From positions 7,636,721 to 7,700,720 of the forward strand of contig MU058423.1 of the NCBI GenBank assembly GCA_013265495.1: DNA of 64,000 nt, written 5' to 3'. Shown here in pieces: positions 39,641 through 53,400 of this stretch (positions are counted from its first letter, which is position 1; each line of letters begins with the position of its first letter). Below the pieces are notes generated by a model. It was not told the origin of the DNA. It saw only the letters and a program-made list of their open reading frames with translations, and made no database searches. The position numbers and the translations under genes were made by a program. The stretch is from Vicugna vicugna (taxonomy: Eukaryota).

Positions 39641-40479
39641 GGTACTGTACCTATGCTATCTACATCTTCTGATCCCCATGGTATTAAAACAGAACCTCAG
39701 TCACAAAGAGGTTGATATGGAAACTGATTTTCAGAACTGGACAGTTTTGGGTCTCAAAGCTTGACTCTCAAAAATAAAAGAAAGTAGAATCCTGTTTTGT
39801 TTTGTTTCATTTTTTCAAAAAGAGGATATAATGATCATTTTATTAAAAATAATAATGCTGATAAATAATAATGACTGTTGTTAAAGTATATTGCCTGTTA
39901 TGGACCACCTGCTATATTCTTTCATTGTTTCAAATGGGATTTTCTGATTTTTAAGGAGCTGCTTGTTGAAGAAACCAATAGAATGTGGTGGAAGTAAGAT
40001 AAAGAATGAGAAGACAAGTGTAGGAAACACTTCAGGCACAACCTATGTTTCATTATACAGAAAGTTCTGAAGCATAAATTACACTTCAGAGTTTGTCCTT
40101 CCTTGAAGCAAGGGAGTTGGGCTTTCATATTCCTACACGAATCAGTCCCAGGTGGAAGTAGGAAAGAGAATGCAAAATCCCCACCGCCTTCCAGCTCTCT
40201 TGTTCACATGGGCAAAGGGCTTCAATGGGCCAAGGGCAGCTGCACGTGCAAAGTCTTAGAAGCAAAACATACAGAAACCGAGAGACAGTTGGGTAGTACT
40301 AATAAGTGAACTGAAGGTATCTGGAGGAGCACTAACAGTGTCTCACACATCAATTTAAGAGATGTTTAATGAAGGCATGCACTACATCAGGCTTGCTGCT
40401 CTTAGGTACTGGAGACATAGCAGTGAACAGTCAAAAACCACTCTCCTTATAGAACTTACATTCTCAAGGGCTACATGAT

Positions 40480-43440
40480 TTGCAATGAACCAGACTCAGA
40501 AATCAACACTTAAGTAAAAGGCATTTATTACAGTGAGCAGTATAGGGAGCACTGGATGCAGATCAAGCACAAGCGAAGAGCCCCTGTATCACTATATGTA
40601 ACTGAGTTGGCAACTGCTAGAAGGGGTTGATCATTCCCATAGGTCCTCCTAAAATGCTCTATGAAATTCACATTAGAACTTATTAGAGGATGAAAAATGA
40701 GGGAGGCATTTCTTCAAAGGCTCCCATACCCTGTTGGCCAAAAGTTTATGCCACGAGGCATTAACTCCCCACACTACCAAAATGTGTATGTTTATGTCAA
40801 GAAGTTTCTGGCAGCATCCACACTGTGGCAGCCACTACTGTGTTGTCCACGAGCATGACATCAGTAAAGGACAGGAAACTAATAAGTACAGCAAAGGACT
40901 GATTTGACATAATCTCAGAGCACATACAGAACAGCCATGGCTGGAATAAAAAACAAAGACAACCAGATATGAAGCTGTGCATGCACAAGATCACTTCTTG
41001 AACCACACTGTTCCACTTACTTCCTCCCTGAAATCCAGTCCAATAGAGTTACTGTCTAGTTGATGGTCTACTTAAATCTCCGCAAAGTCTTGAGGCAAGA
41101 AGGTTATTAAAACAAGCTATAATCAACCATGCAACCACTGATCCTTAGACCATATTTAATATTTATTAAGTATAGCTTTCAACATCCTTTTAGATGTCTC
41201 TCACCCTCAGATATCAGTTTGGCTTTTATCCAAATTCCCAGAAGGTATGAGCTCTTCCTTGCTCTGTCTCTGTCAGCCTGTGGTTGTTGTAATGTATATT
41301 CAAATGTATCACTAGTCCCAGAAGTCTCAAGAGACTTTGAAGAGACTATCTTGTATTCCAGCATACTCCTCTTCCATTATTTAACAGAAATCCTAGCTTC
41401 TCGTTTTATTTGGAGTTAATTACTCCTGACAGTACAGTTATTCCTTTCTTTGCTTGCTGGTCTGCTGGAATGAAAAGATCAAAATGAACTAGTAATAATC
41501 TTAATGTTCTATGGAACAAACAGTGTTTCCCTAAGCAAAAGCATCTTCTCCATCACAAGGAATCAAGAGGTCAACTCTAACAGAACCTCAAGTGGTGAAG
41601 ACAAAGTACAGATTCTGAAAGTGGATCACTGGAAGTACTTCCATCTCTTGGTTCCTGTACTTACATATTCCAGCACTGGAGATAGAATATCATGTTATCA
41701 ACAGTTGTTTCAGCATACATATCACATTCTGAGTATCAGCCCCCAATTTCAACAGGATGTTAATCCCTTTCAAACACGTTAGCTAAGTATCCCGTATTAT
41801 ATTAAACCAGCTACCTGTAATTAATGAAATACATGTTAATACCTGCATATCTCATGGCCGTATGCCCACTGTTAGACATCCTTTGCTGTAAAACAGGTAT
41901 CTTATTGAAAGGCAGTTGTGTGGGGTACCCAGCTAAGACATGAGACATTCTGTAAACTCTCAGTTGATCACAATGGAGGAGGCACTGGAGAAAATAAGGA
42001 TAAAGCCAGATCTAGAATAGATATCAAGTTTGAAATTGATGTCCCTTTTAGGGTGAAAGATGTCTGCTTTAGTTGAGGTATTTAAAAGGGCTCCAGGAAA
42101 GGGGAGATTTCTCTCCTCTGTGAAGGAGGAGGAAACTTTTTCAAACACAGAAAGCTGAGAGAAAGTTGTCTGAGTTCCACAGATCATCCATCAAAACGTC
42201 CCTGTCCTGTTCTAGGAATCTTACTCTTCCTATTAAGGCCTTGGCCAAGAAGCAGCAGCAGAAGGAAAAAGGACAATTGTCAAGGCTATGGATTTAGCTT
42301 CTTTGCAGTTCTGCCTTCCTTACACATAGATCCTGACCTGATTGTCAACAGTCTGTCTTGAGACTTTAGGAGATGAAGTTTTCCTTAAACTGACAGAGAT
42401 GTTAGTCTTCAGTTGATGGTTATATGATTCAGTGGGTAATTTCTTTCTCCAGAGATCCCAATGCCAGTATCTCTGTCATTTTTATAATATTTATTGCCTC
42501 TATACTTTCCAACTATCAGAGTCATAATGTAACATAATGCCTCACCTCCTCTTTTTCCTTCATCCCAATCCATCAAAGGTGAGAATCGTAGGAATTGTGG
42601 ACCTGGTGGGCACCCCAGGTTTTGTCCAGGACTCCACTTAACCCCAGCAAGTTTCTTATAGCCATATGACTCATTAGTGGTCCACCTCCAAAATTTCAGC
42701 TCTCTAGGCAACTCTGGATACTACTGCTTAGCCTGGGTTTCCCAATAAAACAAAGTCTAAAATGAAAGTTTAGTTCACTAAAGTGAAGTAAACCAGAAAG
42801 ACAAAGAAAAATACCATAGAATATCACTCATATGTGGAATCAAAGAAAAAGGAAACAAAAAAGAAAAAAAAAAGACACTAATGAATTCATCTACAAAAGA
42901 AACAGACTCACAGACATGGTAAACAATCTTATGGTTACTGGGGGAGGACAGTGGGAAGGATTAAATTTGGGAGTTTGAAATTTGCAAATGTTAACCACTA
43001 TATAAAAAATAGGTAAAAAATAAATTTCTTTTGTATAGCACAGGGGACCATATTTAGTATCTTGCAATAACTTTTAACAAAAAAGACTGAAAATGAAAAT
43101 ATGCATATATATGCATGACAGAGACATTATGCTGTACACCTGAAATTGACACATTCTGACTATACTTCAAAAAATAACAAATAAAATACTATAAAAGTGT
43201 TCATAATTAAAGAAATAAAATAAAATGAAATAAATAAAAATTAAAAATAAACAACTTTATGAAATCAGATCCCAATGTAGCTGTTTATGAATAAATAAAT
43301 AAATAAATAAATAAATAATAAATAAATAAAATGAAAGTTTAAATAAAAGCAATGTATTGGGGAGTATATTCCAAGACGCAGAAGTGAGGAGTGGGGAAAA
43401 AAAGGAAAATGGTTGAGCAAATTAAAATGATGCACAACAG
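40480..43440 (-). mobile_element. Decayed ERVL/MaLR element: LTR (~40480-41007), internal region (~41008-42723), truncated second LTR split by an L1
   Basis: LTR-like ends (...gaaccaca; tgcttagcctgggtttcccaa); the internal region has ERVL-int-like segments (attactcctgacagtacagttattcctttctttgcttgctggtc); no intact ORF. Confidence 0.55.
42773..43326 (+). mobile_element. 5'-truncated L1 3' end with extended tail and 15-bp TSD
   Basis: ctaaagtgaagtaaaccagaaagac...atcactcatatgtggaatc...tgactatacttcaa; taaaatgaaagttta at 42758-42772 and 43327-43341. Confidence 0.9.
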
Positions 43441-43459
43441 CGGTTGATACAGAGAAAAG

Positions 43460-43930
43460 GTAAACAGTAAGCATAACAATCTGTACAGTTCGGTAGGTTT
43501 ATGATAAATGCTAGGGAAGAAAATGGAAGTAAGAAAGTGGTTAGATACACCAGGGAAGGACGAGTCAGTTTTAAGTAGAATGATCAGGAAGGCTTAGAGA
43601 GGTAAAATGTTGCCAAATCATCTAGGGCTTTGATGGACATTTTAAGAAATTTGACACTGAGATAGGAAGAATCCTTTGGAGGATTTTTAGAGATGTGGCA
43701 TGTCTTGACTTATTTTTTAAGAGCTTTGCGTGCTGTCTGGAAAACAGACTGTATATGGGAAAAGAGCTGAATCAAGGCAACGTATTGAGGCTATCACAGT
43801 AATCTAGGGAGAGAAGATAAAGTCTTGGACCAAAACGGTAGTGTTGAGATAACAAAAGGTGATCAAATAATGGATACACTTGGAAGGTAGAACAAACATG
43901 ACTTGTGGACAGATTTTATGTGGGGTCTAA
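43460..43930 (-). mobile_element. L2a fragment
   Basis: tgataaatgctagggaagaaaat; gatcaggaagg; gaggctatcacagtaatctagggagagaagat; tggatacacttggaaggtagaac. Confidence 0.75.
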
Positions 43931-46099
43931 GATTATGGACTTGAATAATTCAAAGTATTCAAATGGGAAAGAAGATGTAGTATATTTATTAATTTTATTT
44001 TACTCCCTGAATAATTGGTATTATTACTACCTTTTTCTTGATGAGGAAACAGGTTCAAGAGAAATTAAGTGGAATGTCCAAGGCCAGTTAATATAGGGAA
44101 GAACTAGTATTTGAAAATCTGTCTACTGGTCTGCAAACCAGACGCTTTTCTCTCTTACATTAGACTTCCTTTTCAAAGATCATTTCTGGAAAAGTGACAA
44201 AAGTAACTATTTGGAGTCTTTCAGCATTAAATTACAGCCCCTTACATTTTTTTTTTTTTTTTGCTCAACCATATGATTTGGAAAAAAGCAGAATTGCAAA
44301 GTATGGATTAAGTGATGTCAGTCGTGTTCGTAGTGGGGAGACCTTAAAATTGTTTTGAAGTTACAAAACTTTAAACATGAAACTAAGAATTGTGAATTAA
44401 ATCACCCTCTTCACAATCCATATTGTCCAAACCAATGAGCAGCTCCATGGCTACTGGAGCCCTGGAGAGGTTTTGTTGTTGTCAAGTCCTTAATGCCGGT
44501 GGTCACATTGATCCATCAACACAAGAAGAGAATGTCTCACGTTTCACTTTAACCAACAGGTGTTATCCTTTAATGAAAGATGACACCTTAATGAACAATC
44601 ATCTTGAAGGAAAAGAGAACTACTCTGGGAGTACCAACACTTAATTTATTGGTCTGGCAGGAGGGTAGGAAAGAAGCAATTCCATTGTCTGAAAAATAAA
44701 TCTCTGGAGGTTGTACATTCCACCTTTTATAAAGAAATCCATCTAGACGTAGGGTTCCCACTAACCTCAAGAAACTTTAACTTTAGATTGACATCCCTAT
44801 GAATAAAGAATTACAGGAAAAACTGTCTAGCTCCACCATACTGAGAACCTGTAGAGATGAAAAATGATAAATGCCTTTACTTTGGGTTTGTAATTCTCAG
44901 CTACCATAAGAATTCCACTGACTAATATCCAATTTCATTAAATAATGTCACCTTAAATTAAACTCTTTCAGGAGTTGAAAGGGTACTTTGATTAGTCAAT
45001 TTTAAATAGAAAATTTGTATCTCAATGATTAGTAATTGATTTGGAGATTCAACTCCACTGAGTCATTAAAACACAAGCAAATGTCTTAGGCTATTAAAAT
45101 AAATCCAGTGGTGCTAGTATTTGTTAAGGTAAAAACAGTCCTAATCCATGCTGAAAGTTCCAACTTTTCGTAGAATTTTGAGTCTAAATCAATAACATTA
45201 TAATTTAGCCTCATTTGTACTTGTGAAAAAGAAAGTTATTAATCATATTAAAACAGGGCTAAATATATAGAATATTGCAACTGGGCAAAATTTGGAAACT
45301 TTCAAGTCTGTGAATTTAATATACACTTGTTATATATGTTGTACAAGACAATTTGTAAGACTCAACACAGAGCTATCAAATAATAATTTACAATACTAGG
45401 AAGGCCAGACAGTAAAAAGTACTTAACAAATATTTTTCTTTAGCATAATATGCATAATGTATTAACAAAGCAGTATATAAATACACATGTGAAAAACAAG
45501 TCTTTTCCCTAAGTATCTGAGAGTATAAGTAATTATATGAGAAATTAAACTTTTAGGATTCAGTTGGCATGTGCCATTAAAGAGATAAAGATAAAATGCT
45601 AAAGGATTTCAGAGGCGTCTACTTCCAGCTATGAAAAGGACAGGCACCAATCTAAAGCTAATGTCTTGGTATCCGGTGACTAGAAGTGAATTAAGTAATT
45701 ATGCAAAATATAAAGTAAAATCCTGGCAATGCAAAGTCCTTCATTAATGACTGACTCACTTGAGACATGGAGGAGAAATCATGGTAAGATCCACTGTACA
45801 TTTCCTTTCCTTCCTAAAAGGAGTCCAAGTAACATAATATAGCTTTTACTTTTATGATTCAGTGTCTTCATCATAGTTCTGTTATTCTGGTGCACTCCAG
45901 TGGAGCGTTACATAATGGTTCAGCTGAAAATGTTATTGTACTTGAGGTTAAAGGTATAGCAACTACACTGGAAACTAGAACTTGATTTCTCAAAAAAGAT
46001 GTCAATGTATCTTTTTTATTCCCCTTTGGTAATTTCAGTCTTCAAATTGTTGATTGAAGGATGAATACTTGATTGAACTCCTAAGCTTTGTAGCACAGT

Positions 46100-46140
46100 T
46101 GTGTGTGTGTGTGTGTATGTGTCTGTGTCTCTGTGTGTGT
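46100..46140. repeat. (TG)n microsatellite, imperfect
   Basis: Directly visible. Confidence 0.85.
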
Positions 46141-47059
46141 ACTAACAGGTTTAAACAGAGAATCAGAGATCAAAGCTGTCTTTCCCCAAATGGCTTTCCC
46201 AAACGTTCTTTAATTCTTTGGCACCATTTAAAATAGCATCTGATTCACATAACACATGAAAAACAAGTTCCTTCTTAAGATCCTGCACCCATCATTCTAG
46301 GCCACTTGAAACACATCTGACCATGGCTATGAAGAAGTCCTAAATCACCATCTCAAGAATCTGGGGTAAATTTCATTAAGGAAAACCTGATCCAAAATCT
46401 GTATTTTCTCATCATCAGAGGAAAACATTTCTGTATACCTGATACTAGGTAATATTTAGTTTTTAGTTTTGACTTTTAACATAACTTCAGAAACAAGAAG
46501 TTTCTTCATCATGGGGCCACACGCCCTACTGTCTGAGGTGTTGGGGAAGCTGAAGGCGGAAGCAGGGGAACTCTGAATAGGTACTAGGCTGTCTGTTGTC
46601 CCGACACCAGCAGGATTAGCTAGAAGACGGGAGACGATACGTGCGAGCTAGAAAACGTCTGTTGCTTCACTTCTGCCTTCCAAATCTTGCACAGGATTCC
46701 TGCTTGTGTCCTCCCCTAACTGGGAATATATGGAGAAGGACATTCTGGGATGCGGGTGTCAGCCTAGTCAGCATGAAACTTTACAAAGCCACCTCGTATC
46801 ACATACCATTTTCTTAAGCTGAAGTTTAAACTCCTCAGCATAGTATGAGACTCTCAAAAATCTCTGCTTTCACTTTCTACCCCTGTTGTCCCCCTACCAA
46901 ACAATAGCCTATACCATGCACGTCTCACAATTTTTTTCCTGCAAATACTGATAGATGCTTTAGGATTTGTGGCTCATAATGGTCTCTGTCATATACTTTT
47001 CTGTCTTTCTTCCTTCCTCTCTTCCTCTCTCCATCCCTCCCTCCCTTTTTTCTTTTCTA

Positions 47060-47145
47060 CAACCTTTAAACCATTTTTAGCTCACAGTCTTGTAAAAATA
47101 GGTCTCAGGCCAGTTCTGGTCTATGGGCTGCAGTCTGCCATCCTG
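47060..47145. mobile_element. hAT MITE fragment (MER58-like) within L2 remnants
   Basis: ccatttttagctcacag...aaaataggtctcaggccag...tgggctgcagtctgcc. Confidence 0.6.
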
Positions 47146-49819
47146 TTTTACCCTATTCCTACGATACAGAGACTTACAGTTATATGCATTTTCCTCACAT
47201 CATCACCTATTTTCAATAAATAAATCTCTCTCTTCATATATGTCTTTAAGAGATATGTGTTCCTTAATGTTCTGTACCTATAAAACTCCTGTTCATCAGA
47301 TAAAATGTCTTTATCCCTAGGAAAACTTTCCCAATCTCCTTAACAATAGATTGCTTTCATTTTCCCCACAGAACTTTATATATTAAACTCTATAATAATG
47401 TCTTACAATTATTAATCTCATACATATCTTCTTGATTGAACTATCAGTCCTGTCAAATCAGTGCCAACATTTCTGTATTTTGATTTGTCATTTGTCAGGG
47501 TCTAGGACAATGGTAAGCACTGAGTGGGCTCTCATTTGATAAATTTGAATTGTAACTACATTCGTATTCATTCTGCCTCTTTCAACAAAGGATTTGAGGC
47601 TACCTACAGCAAAGTATAAATAACGAAATGACAAAATAGAAATGTAAGAACAGAACCGTGGAAAAGGAGGCTACTGCATTACTAAACCACATGTCAACAT
47701 AATCACTGTGGTGAGTTTCAAATTCTATCCTATGCCTTTTGGGAAGCAAGAAGAGAAACACAATCCGTTAGATTTTATAGAATAGAATGAAGTGGCATTC
47801 CATTTGCTCATGAGAAACATTCACTTTCTTCCAATAGAATTCAAAACCAACCTCAAGAAGAGCTTTATACTGGAAATCCTAGTCGAATGATATGATAAAC
47901 AGTATCCCCACGGTTCTACAGCAAATACAGTGGTGAGTTGAAAACAACTGAAATGGGAGTTTAAAGAGGATGAGAACATTCAGACGGAATCTGGTGCCTT
48001 GAATAATTTTCCTGATACAGTTTTAGAGTGATTTCTTTTATTCACACAGACACTGAACAGGGTGCTAGACAACTACAGTCATGACCAGCAGGGGTATAGC
48101 CTGGTCCAGTGAGTTTGACGAGCCAAGGACAGAAGACTGACAGGCTGCTTTGAAGAAGAAAAGAAGGGAAGGCTACAAAAGAGAGCTGCTCTTTACTACC
48201 TGCCCCACAGAAGAATCTGTAACAAAAAAGGGAAGTTTTGCTAATTTATTCATCTATAATCACCCCTGGGTGGAGGACTGAGTAGGGAGGAAAGGCAAGA
48301 AAAATATCTGATATCGTTAAATACTGTTGCTTCAACACTGAGTGACAGTGGACGTTTTCTTGAGGAAAACGTGAGGATAAGATAATAGGGATCCACCCAG
48401 CTGCTACTGCTACATAAAATAATACCCAAGAACATAAAACGACAATACAAGTTACAATGAAAGGAATTTTGCTTCGAAGCCAGGTTAATGGTGGTCAGTA
48501 CATGTAGCCCAACGGTGGTCATACTGATGCAAGAATACTTCAGGATATTAAAATGTATATGTCTAAAAATTCTTCCCTAAATACAACCCTTCTCAGTTGG
48601 AGTCTGGATGGAAACCAGGGAAGAGACAATTTTCTGTTGAGTTTTTATGAAACAGATAATCTGTTACTCTATGTCATTTCTATATTTCAGAGTTAACAGT
48701 TCAATGAAGAATTTTAAAATGGATAAATGGTAGGTGACTACCATTTACAACATCTCTTCTATGTCTGTCCCTGTGCAACACTGTCTCTTTTCTGCTACAG
48801 GCACAGCCTCTGCTCACAGCCTCCATCAGTTTCTAACGAACGCTGGCTGATGCTAACGCAGCTTCCACTGATGCCGTTACCCGTCGCATCTCTCCAGCTC
48901 TTCTTCATGCCTGTCTCTCCTGCCAGGGTCACGTTTCCCACTCTTTCTGGTTTATAGATAAAATACAGTTGGGTCTTTTACACTCTATGAAATAGGACAT
49001 GTGTTTCCTTTTATACAATCAGTAGATCTATCAGATACAACTAAAATCCTCCTAACTAAGCTCAGTTATCTCTCCATTCTGCAGGGAACTGTTAGAATGA
49101 CTTTTAAGGCTGGAGGTTTGTCTGGGGCTTAAATATCCTAAGTGTCAGATTTCAGACAGTCAAGATTTAAATGTTTACGCTTCTATATTAAGTTTTGTGG
49201 CATTTGAAGTTTTCAGTGATTTAGTTTCAACCTATTTTTCTGGCTTTCTTGTAATATGTCCCTCTGTGAAATCTCTGCTTCAGCCAACATACATTATCTG
49301 TTGCCTCGTTACATGGACCTGTAGAGCTTTCTTCCTTGTGCCTTTCTTCTGCGAGCCCTCTCTCTGCCTGCAGTGCCTCATACACCCTCTTCTGCTTGTG
49401 GGATTCTGACAGGCGTTTTAAAACCTGGTCTTTATCCAGCTTCATCTGTAAGGCTTTCCTTACCTTGGTCAAATTTTTTTTCTTCCTTTTTGACCCTCTG
49501 TGGCAGTGGGAGGATTCGCAGAAATGGAACGGCAAATAAGAAAGAGTTAGGAAATTTGATTTCTATTCTTGATTCTACTAATTATATGACCTTAAATAAA
49601 ACTCTTAATGTCTCATACTTAATAACAATTATCCAGATTAACATTCAGTCCTATTTTGAGCTCCAAAAGACATCTTATGCTTTGAATTTATAGCATGAAA
49701 ATAAAACCTCTGAGTTTTACAAATAAAAGTTTTCATTTTATAATTAAAATCATTGTGAAGTGCTTCGCACAAAATCTGGCATTTAGGAGGAGCCCAGTGC
49801 TAATCTCTGTACTTTTCTC

Positions 49820-50547
49820 TGATGCTTTCAGGTTCACACTGTCCCACAATTCATTTATGTCCAGTTTTTTCGGTCTTTTTTTCTTATCTCTGGGTCAGAG
49901 TTTGAATAGTTTCTGTTGCCATGTCTTCAAATTCACTGATCTTTTTTCTGCCATGTCTAATCTGCTTTGGCCCCATCCAGTGTATTTTTAATTTTAGGCA
50001 TTTTATTTGTCCATCTCTAGAAATTACATTTGCTTCCTTTTCATATTTTCTATTTCTTTCCTCATTGCATTTATGTATCCCTTTTCATTCTAGAACACGT
50101 GGAACACATTCATATATGTTTTGACATCCTTGTCAGCATCACCTTACTCATTTCTGGGTCCATTTCTATTGACTGCTTTTTATCCTATGTGTGAATCATA
50201 TTTTGCTGCTTCGCCTCATGCCCAGGAATATTTCATTTGGTTGCCAGATGTTGTAAATTTAATCTTATTGGGCACTCAATGTTGCATTCCTGTAAATACC
50301 ACTGGGTTTTCTTTTGGACCACAGTTATGTTACTCTCCTGAGGATGCTATATGACACCCTGATACTACAAAGTGTTTACATGCTGGCTGTTGAAAAATCA
50401 ACTATTCCCTGTTTTATAAGAGCCCTGGCAACTTTTCGGTCCACTGCTTTCGGCTGGTTAGTGCCTACTCACACGGAGTTCTCAGCTCAAGGGTCCCTCC
50501 AGGACCTTTCTTCAGATCGGAGATCACTCACTCTTGCTCATTCTAGA

Positions 50548-50578
<31 letters not shown>

Positions 50579-50760
50579 CTCACTGAGCAACTCTTTCATC
50601 TCTGGTACTCTGCTCCACTAACTGATCTCCCCAAACTCTGACTCCGTCCTCCACTCAGAGAACCCCCTCCCACAACTTGCTTATGTTCCCCCCGCCCGCA
50701 CTGCTGACTGACACCCTCCCTCCAGGCAGTGAGCTGCAGTAATCACTACGTCACCCTTCA
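49820..50760 (-). mobile_element. Old L1 5'/ORF1 remnant containing a (CT)n tract (~50548-50580)
   Basis: gtcttcaaattcactgatcttttttctgccatgtctaatctgct...cccatccagtgtatttttaattttagg is a typical reverse L1 ORF1 signature. Confidence 0.65.
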
Positions 50761-51649
50761 TAAAACTGAATTGTTTGCCTTAAATTTCCTGTGGGAGAAA
50801 CAAATACAAGACTAGCTAAAAGGAAATATGCAGAAGCTCAAGAGATATATGTCTGGAAGTGAGTCAAAGAGAAAACAATCACATAGATATTAAAGTTTAC
50901 CAGTTCACAAAATGGCATAAGTGTCCTGTTTCATTAGTGTCATAAGGAACCAAAAAAAAAAAAAAAAGGAAAAGAAAGAAGTCTGATCTACTGGAGATAT
51001 GAAAGAATACCTGGAATAAGTTTCATTTTTCCAGTGACTGTCATAAGAAATTAAGAGTTTGGGCATTTGGTTTTGAGGTTTTAAATCTTTTAGATACAAC
51101 ACTTATGAATCTGCCAAAATGAACAGTGAACAAAGCAAATCCAAAGAAAGGTGCTGACCAAGCTCTTTCTATTCTCGTTCATAATTTATGAGTATTTTTC
51201 TTTCTGGTTGAATTTTCTAGATGACAGTCTTATAACTTGTCAAAACCCAACCACAACTCTTATCTTTCAAACCTTAAACATCACAAGATAGAAATAAAGT
51301 CTAGTGAATAAAGAATATTTTAGAAATGACACCAGGATACCACAAACTTTTATACTCACAATATACAGTGAGATATGTGACTATATTTAAATATAGTTCA
51401 ATCTCAAAAAGCAATAAAGACACATGATCACATATTCATAGGTGCTGCTATAAAATCAAAAAGTAAGATTTATACCTAATATTTTTTAACGAGTAATTTA
51501 TTATGATTCAGGAAGCCAGCTAACCAATCTTTTTAGAAAGGTATATAAAATAAAATTAAGAACTTTTTGTGCATGGATTTAGTGATACCTGTTTGGTAAC
51601 TTAGGGGTTTAAAAATCTGCATTGTTGTTTTGTTCTTTAATGCTATGTT

Positions 51650-53400
51650 TTCCTTTTACCTTTTGACCCTCTTCATCCATTTTTCCCATTCTTCCATCTT
51701 TGCCTGTGGCAACCACAAATCTGTTCTCTATACCCATAAGCTTGGTATTTTATTTTTTAGATCCCACATATGAGAGATCATATGGTATTTGTCTTTCTCT
51801 GTCTAACTTATCTAACTTACTTCACCTAGCATATTGCCCTCAAGGTCCATCCATGTTGTTGCAAATGGCAAGATTTCATTATTCTCTATGGCTAAATAAT
51901 ATTCCACTGTATAAATACCACAATTTTTAAAAACTATTAATCTATCGATGGATACATAGGTTGTTTCCCTGTCTTGACTTTTGTAAATAATGCTGTATCG
52001 AACATGGGGGTGCATACATCCTTTGGAGTTAGTGTTTTTTTCTTTGGATAAATACCCAGAAGTGGAATTGCTGGTTCATATGCAGTTCTGTTTTTCATTT
52101 TTTGAGAAATTTCCACAGTTTTCCATAGCAGCTGCACCAATTTATCTTCCCACCAACAGTGCACATGGGTTTCCTTTTCATCACATACTTGCCAATACTT
52201 GTTATTTCTTGGCTTTTTGATAATAGCCTTTCTGACAGGTATGAGGTGATGTCTCATTGTGGTTTTAATTTGCATTTCCCTGAAGATTAATGACGTTGAG
52301 CATCTTATCATGTGCCTGTTGGCCATCTGGATGTTTCCTTTGGAATATGTTATTTCAGATCCTCTGCCCATTTTTAGTGAGATTGTCTTGTTTTGTTTTG
52401 TTTTTTTGATATTGAGTTGTATGAGTTCTTTATGCATTTGGATATTAGCCCCTTGTCAGTTACATGATTTGCAAATATTTTTCCCCATTCAGTAGACTGC
52501 CTTTTCATTTTGTTGCTGGTTTATTTTGCTGTGCAAAAGCTTTTTATAGTATGATGTAGCCCCACTTATTTATTTTTGCTTTTTTTGCTTTGCTTTTGCT
52601 TTTGTTGTCATATTCATAAAATCATCAGAGAGATCTATGTCAAGCAGCTTACACCTATCTTTTCTTTGATGATTTTTGTGGTTTTAAGTGTTACATTCAA
52701 GTCTTTAACTCATTTTGGCAGGCAAGAATTCTACTGCTGAACCACCGATGCTTACTCAAGTCTTTATTCATTCTGAATTATTTTTTGTGCATGGTGTAAT
52801 AAGATAGTGGTCAAGTTTCATTCTTTTGCATGTAGCTCTCCAATTTTCCCAACACCATTTATTGAAGAGACTGTCATTTCTCCATTGTATATTCTGGTTA
52901 TTTTGTCATAAATTAATTAACCATATATGTGTGAGTTTTTCTGTGCTGTTTTCTTCCATTGATCTATATGTCTGTTTTTAATGCCAATACCATACTGTTT
53001 TAACTACCATAACTTTATAATATAGTTTGAAATCAGGGAGAGTGATGGCTTCAGCTTTGTTCTTCTTTCAAGATTGTTTTGACTATTTGGGGCTTTTTTT
53101 GGTATGTGTGTGGTCCCATAAAAATTCTAGGATTTATTTGTTCTATTTCTTTGAAAAATGCCATTGGAATTTTAATAGGCATTGCAGTGAATCCATACAT
53201 TGTTTTGAGTAGTATGGACATTTTAAAAATATTGATTCTTCCAATTCATGAGCAAGAAATATCTTTCAAATTTATTTGTTTTCTTCAATTGTGTTTGTTA
53301 TTATCTTTTAGTTTTCAATACAATTTCTCCTCTTTGGTTAAATTTGTTCCTACGTATTTTATATTTTTGATGCAACTGTAAATTAGATTATCTTCTGTAT
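51650..53400 (-). mobile_element. LINE-1 ORF2 3' part and 3' UTR, frameshifted
   Basis: ORFs 51937-52437 ([13 protein letters not shown]...CDEKETHVHCWW...[10 protein letters not shown]...CTPMF) and 51812-52015 (NEILPFATTWMDLEG) are L1 ORF2. Confidence 0.95.
52717..52751 (-). pseudogene. Tailless tRNA-Gly(GCC) 5'-half retrocopy inserted in an L1
   Basis: Minus strand GCATCGGTGGTTCAGCAGTAGAATTCTTGCCTGCC, 31/35 identical to mammalian tRNA-Gly-GCC nt 1-35, ending at the anticodon; flanked by duplicated L1 target ttacattcaagtctttaactcatttt / ttactcaagtctttattcattct. Confidence 0.85.
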
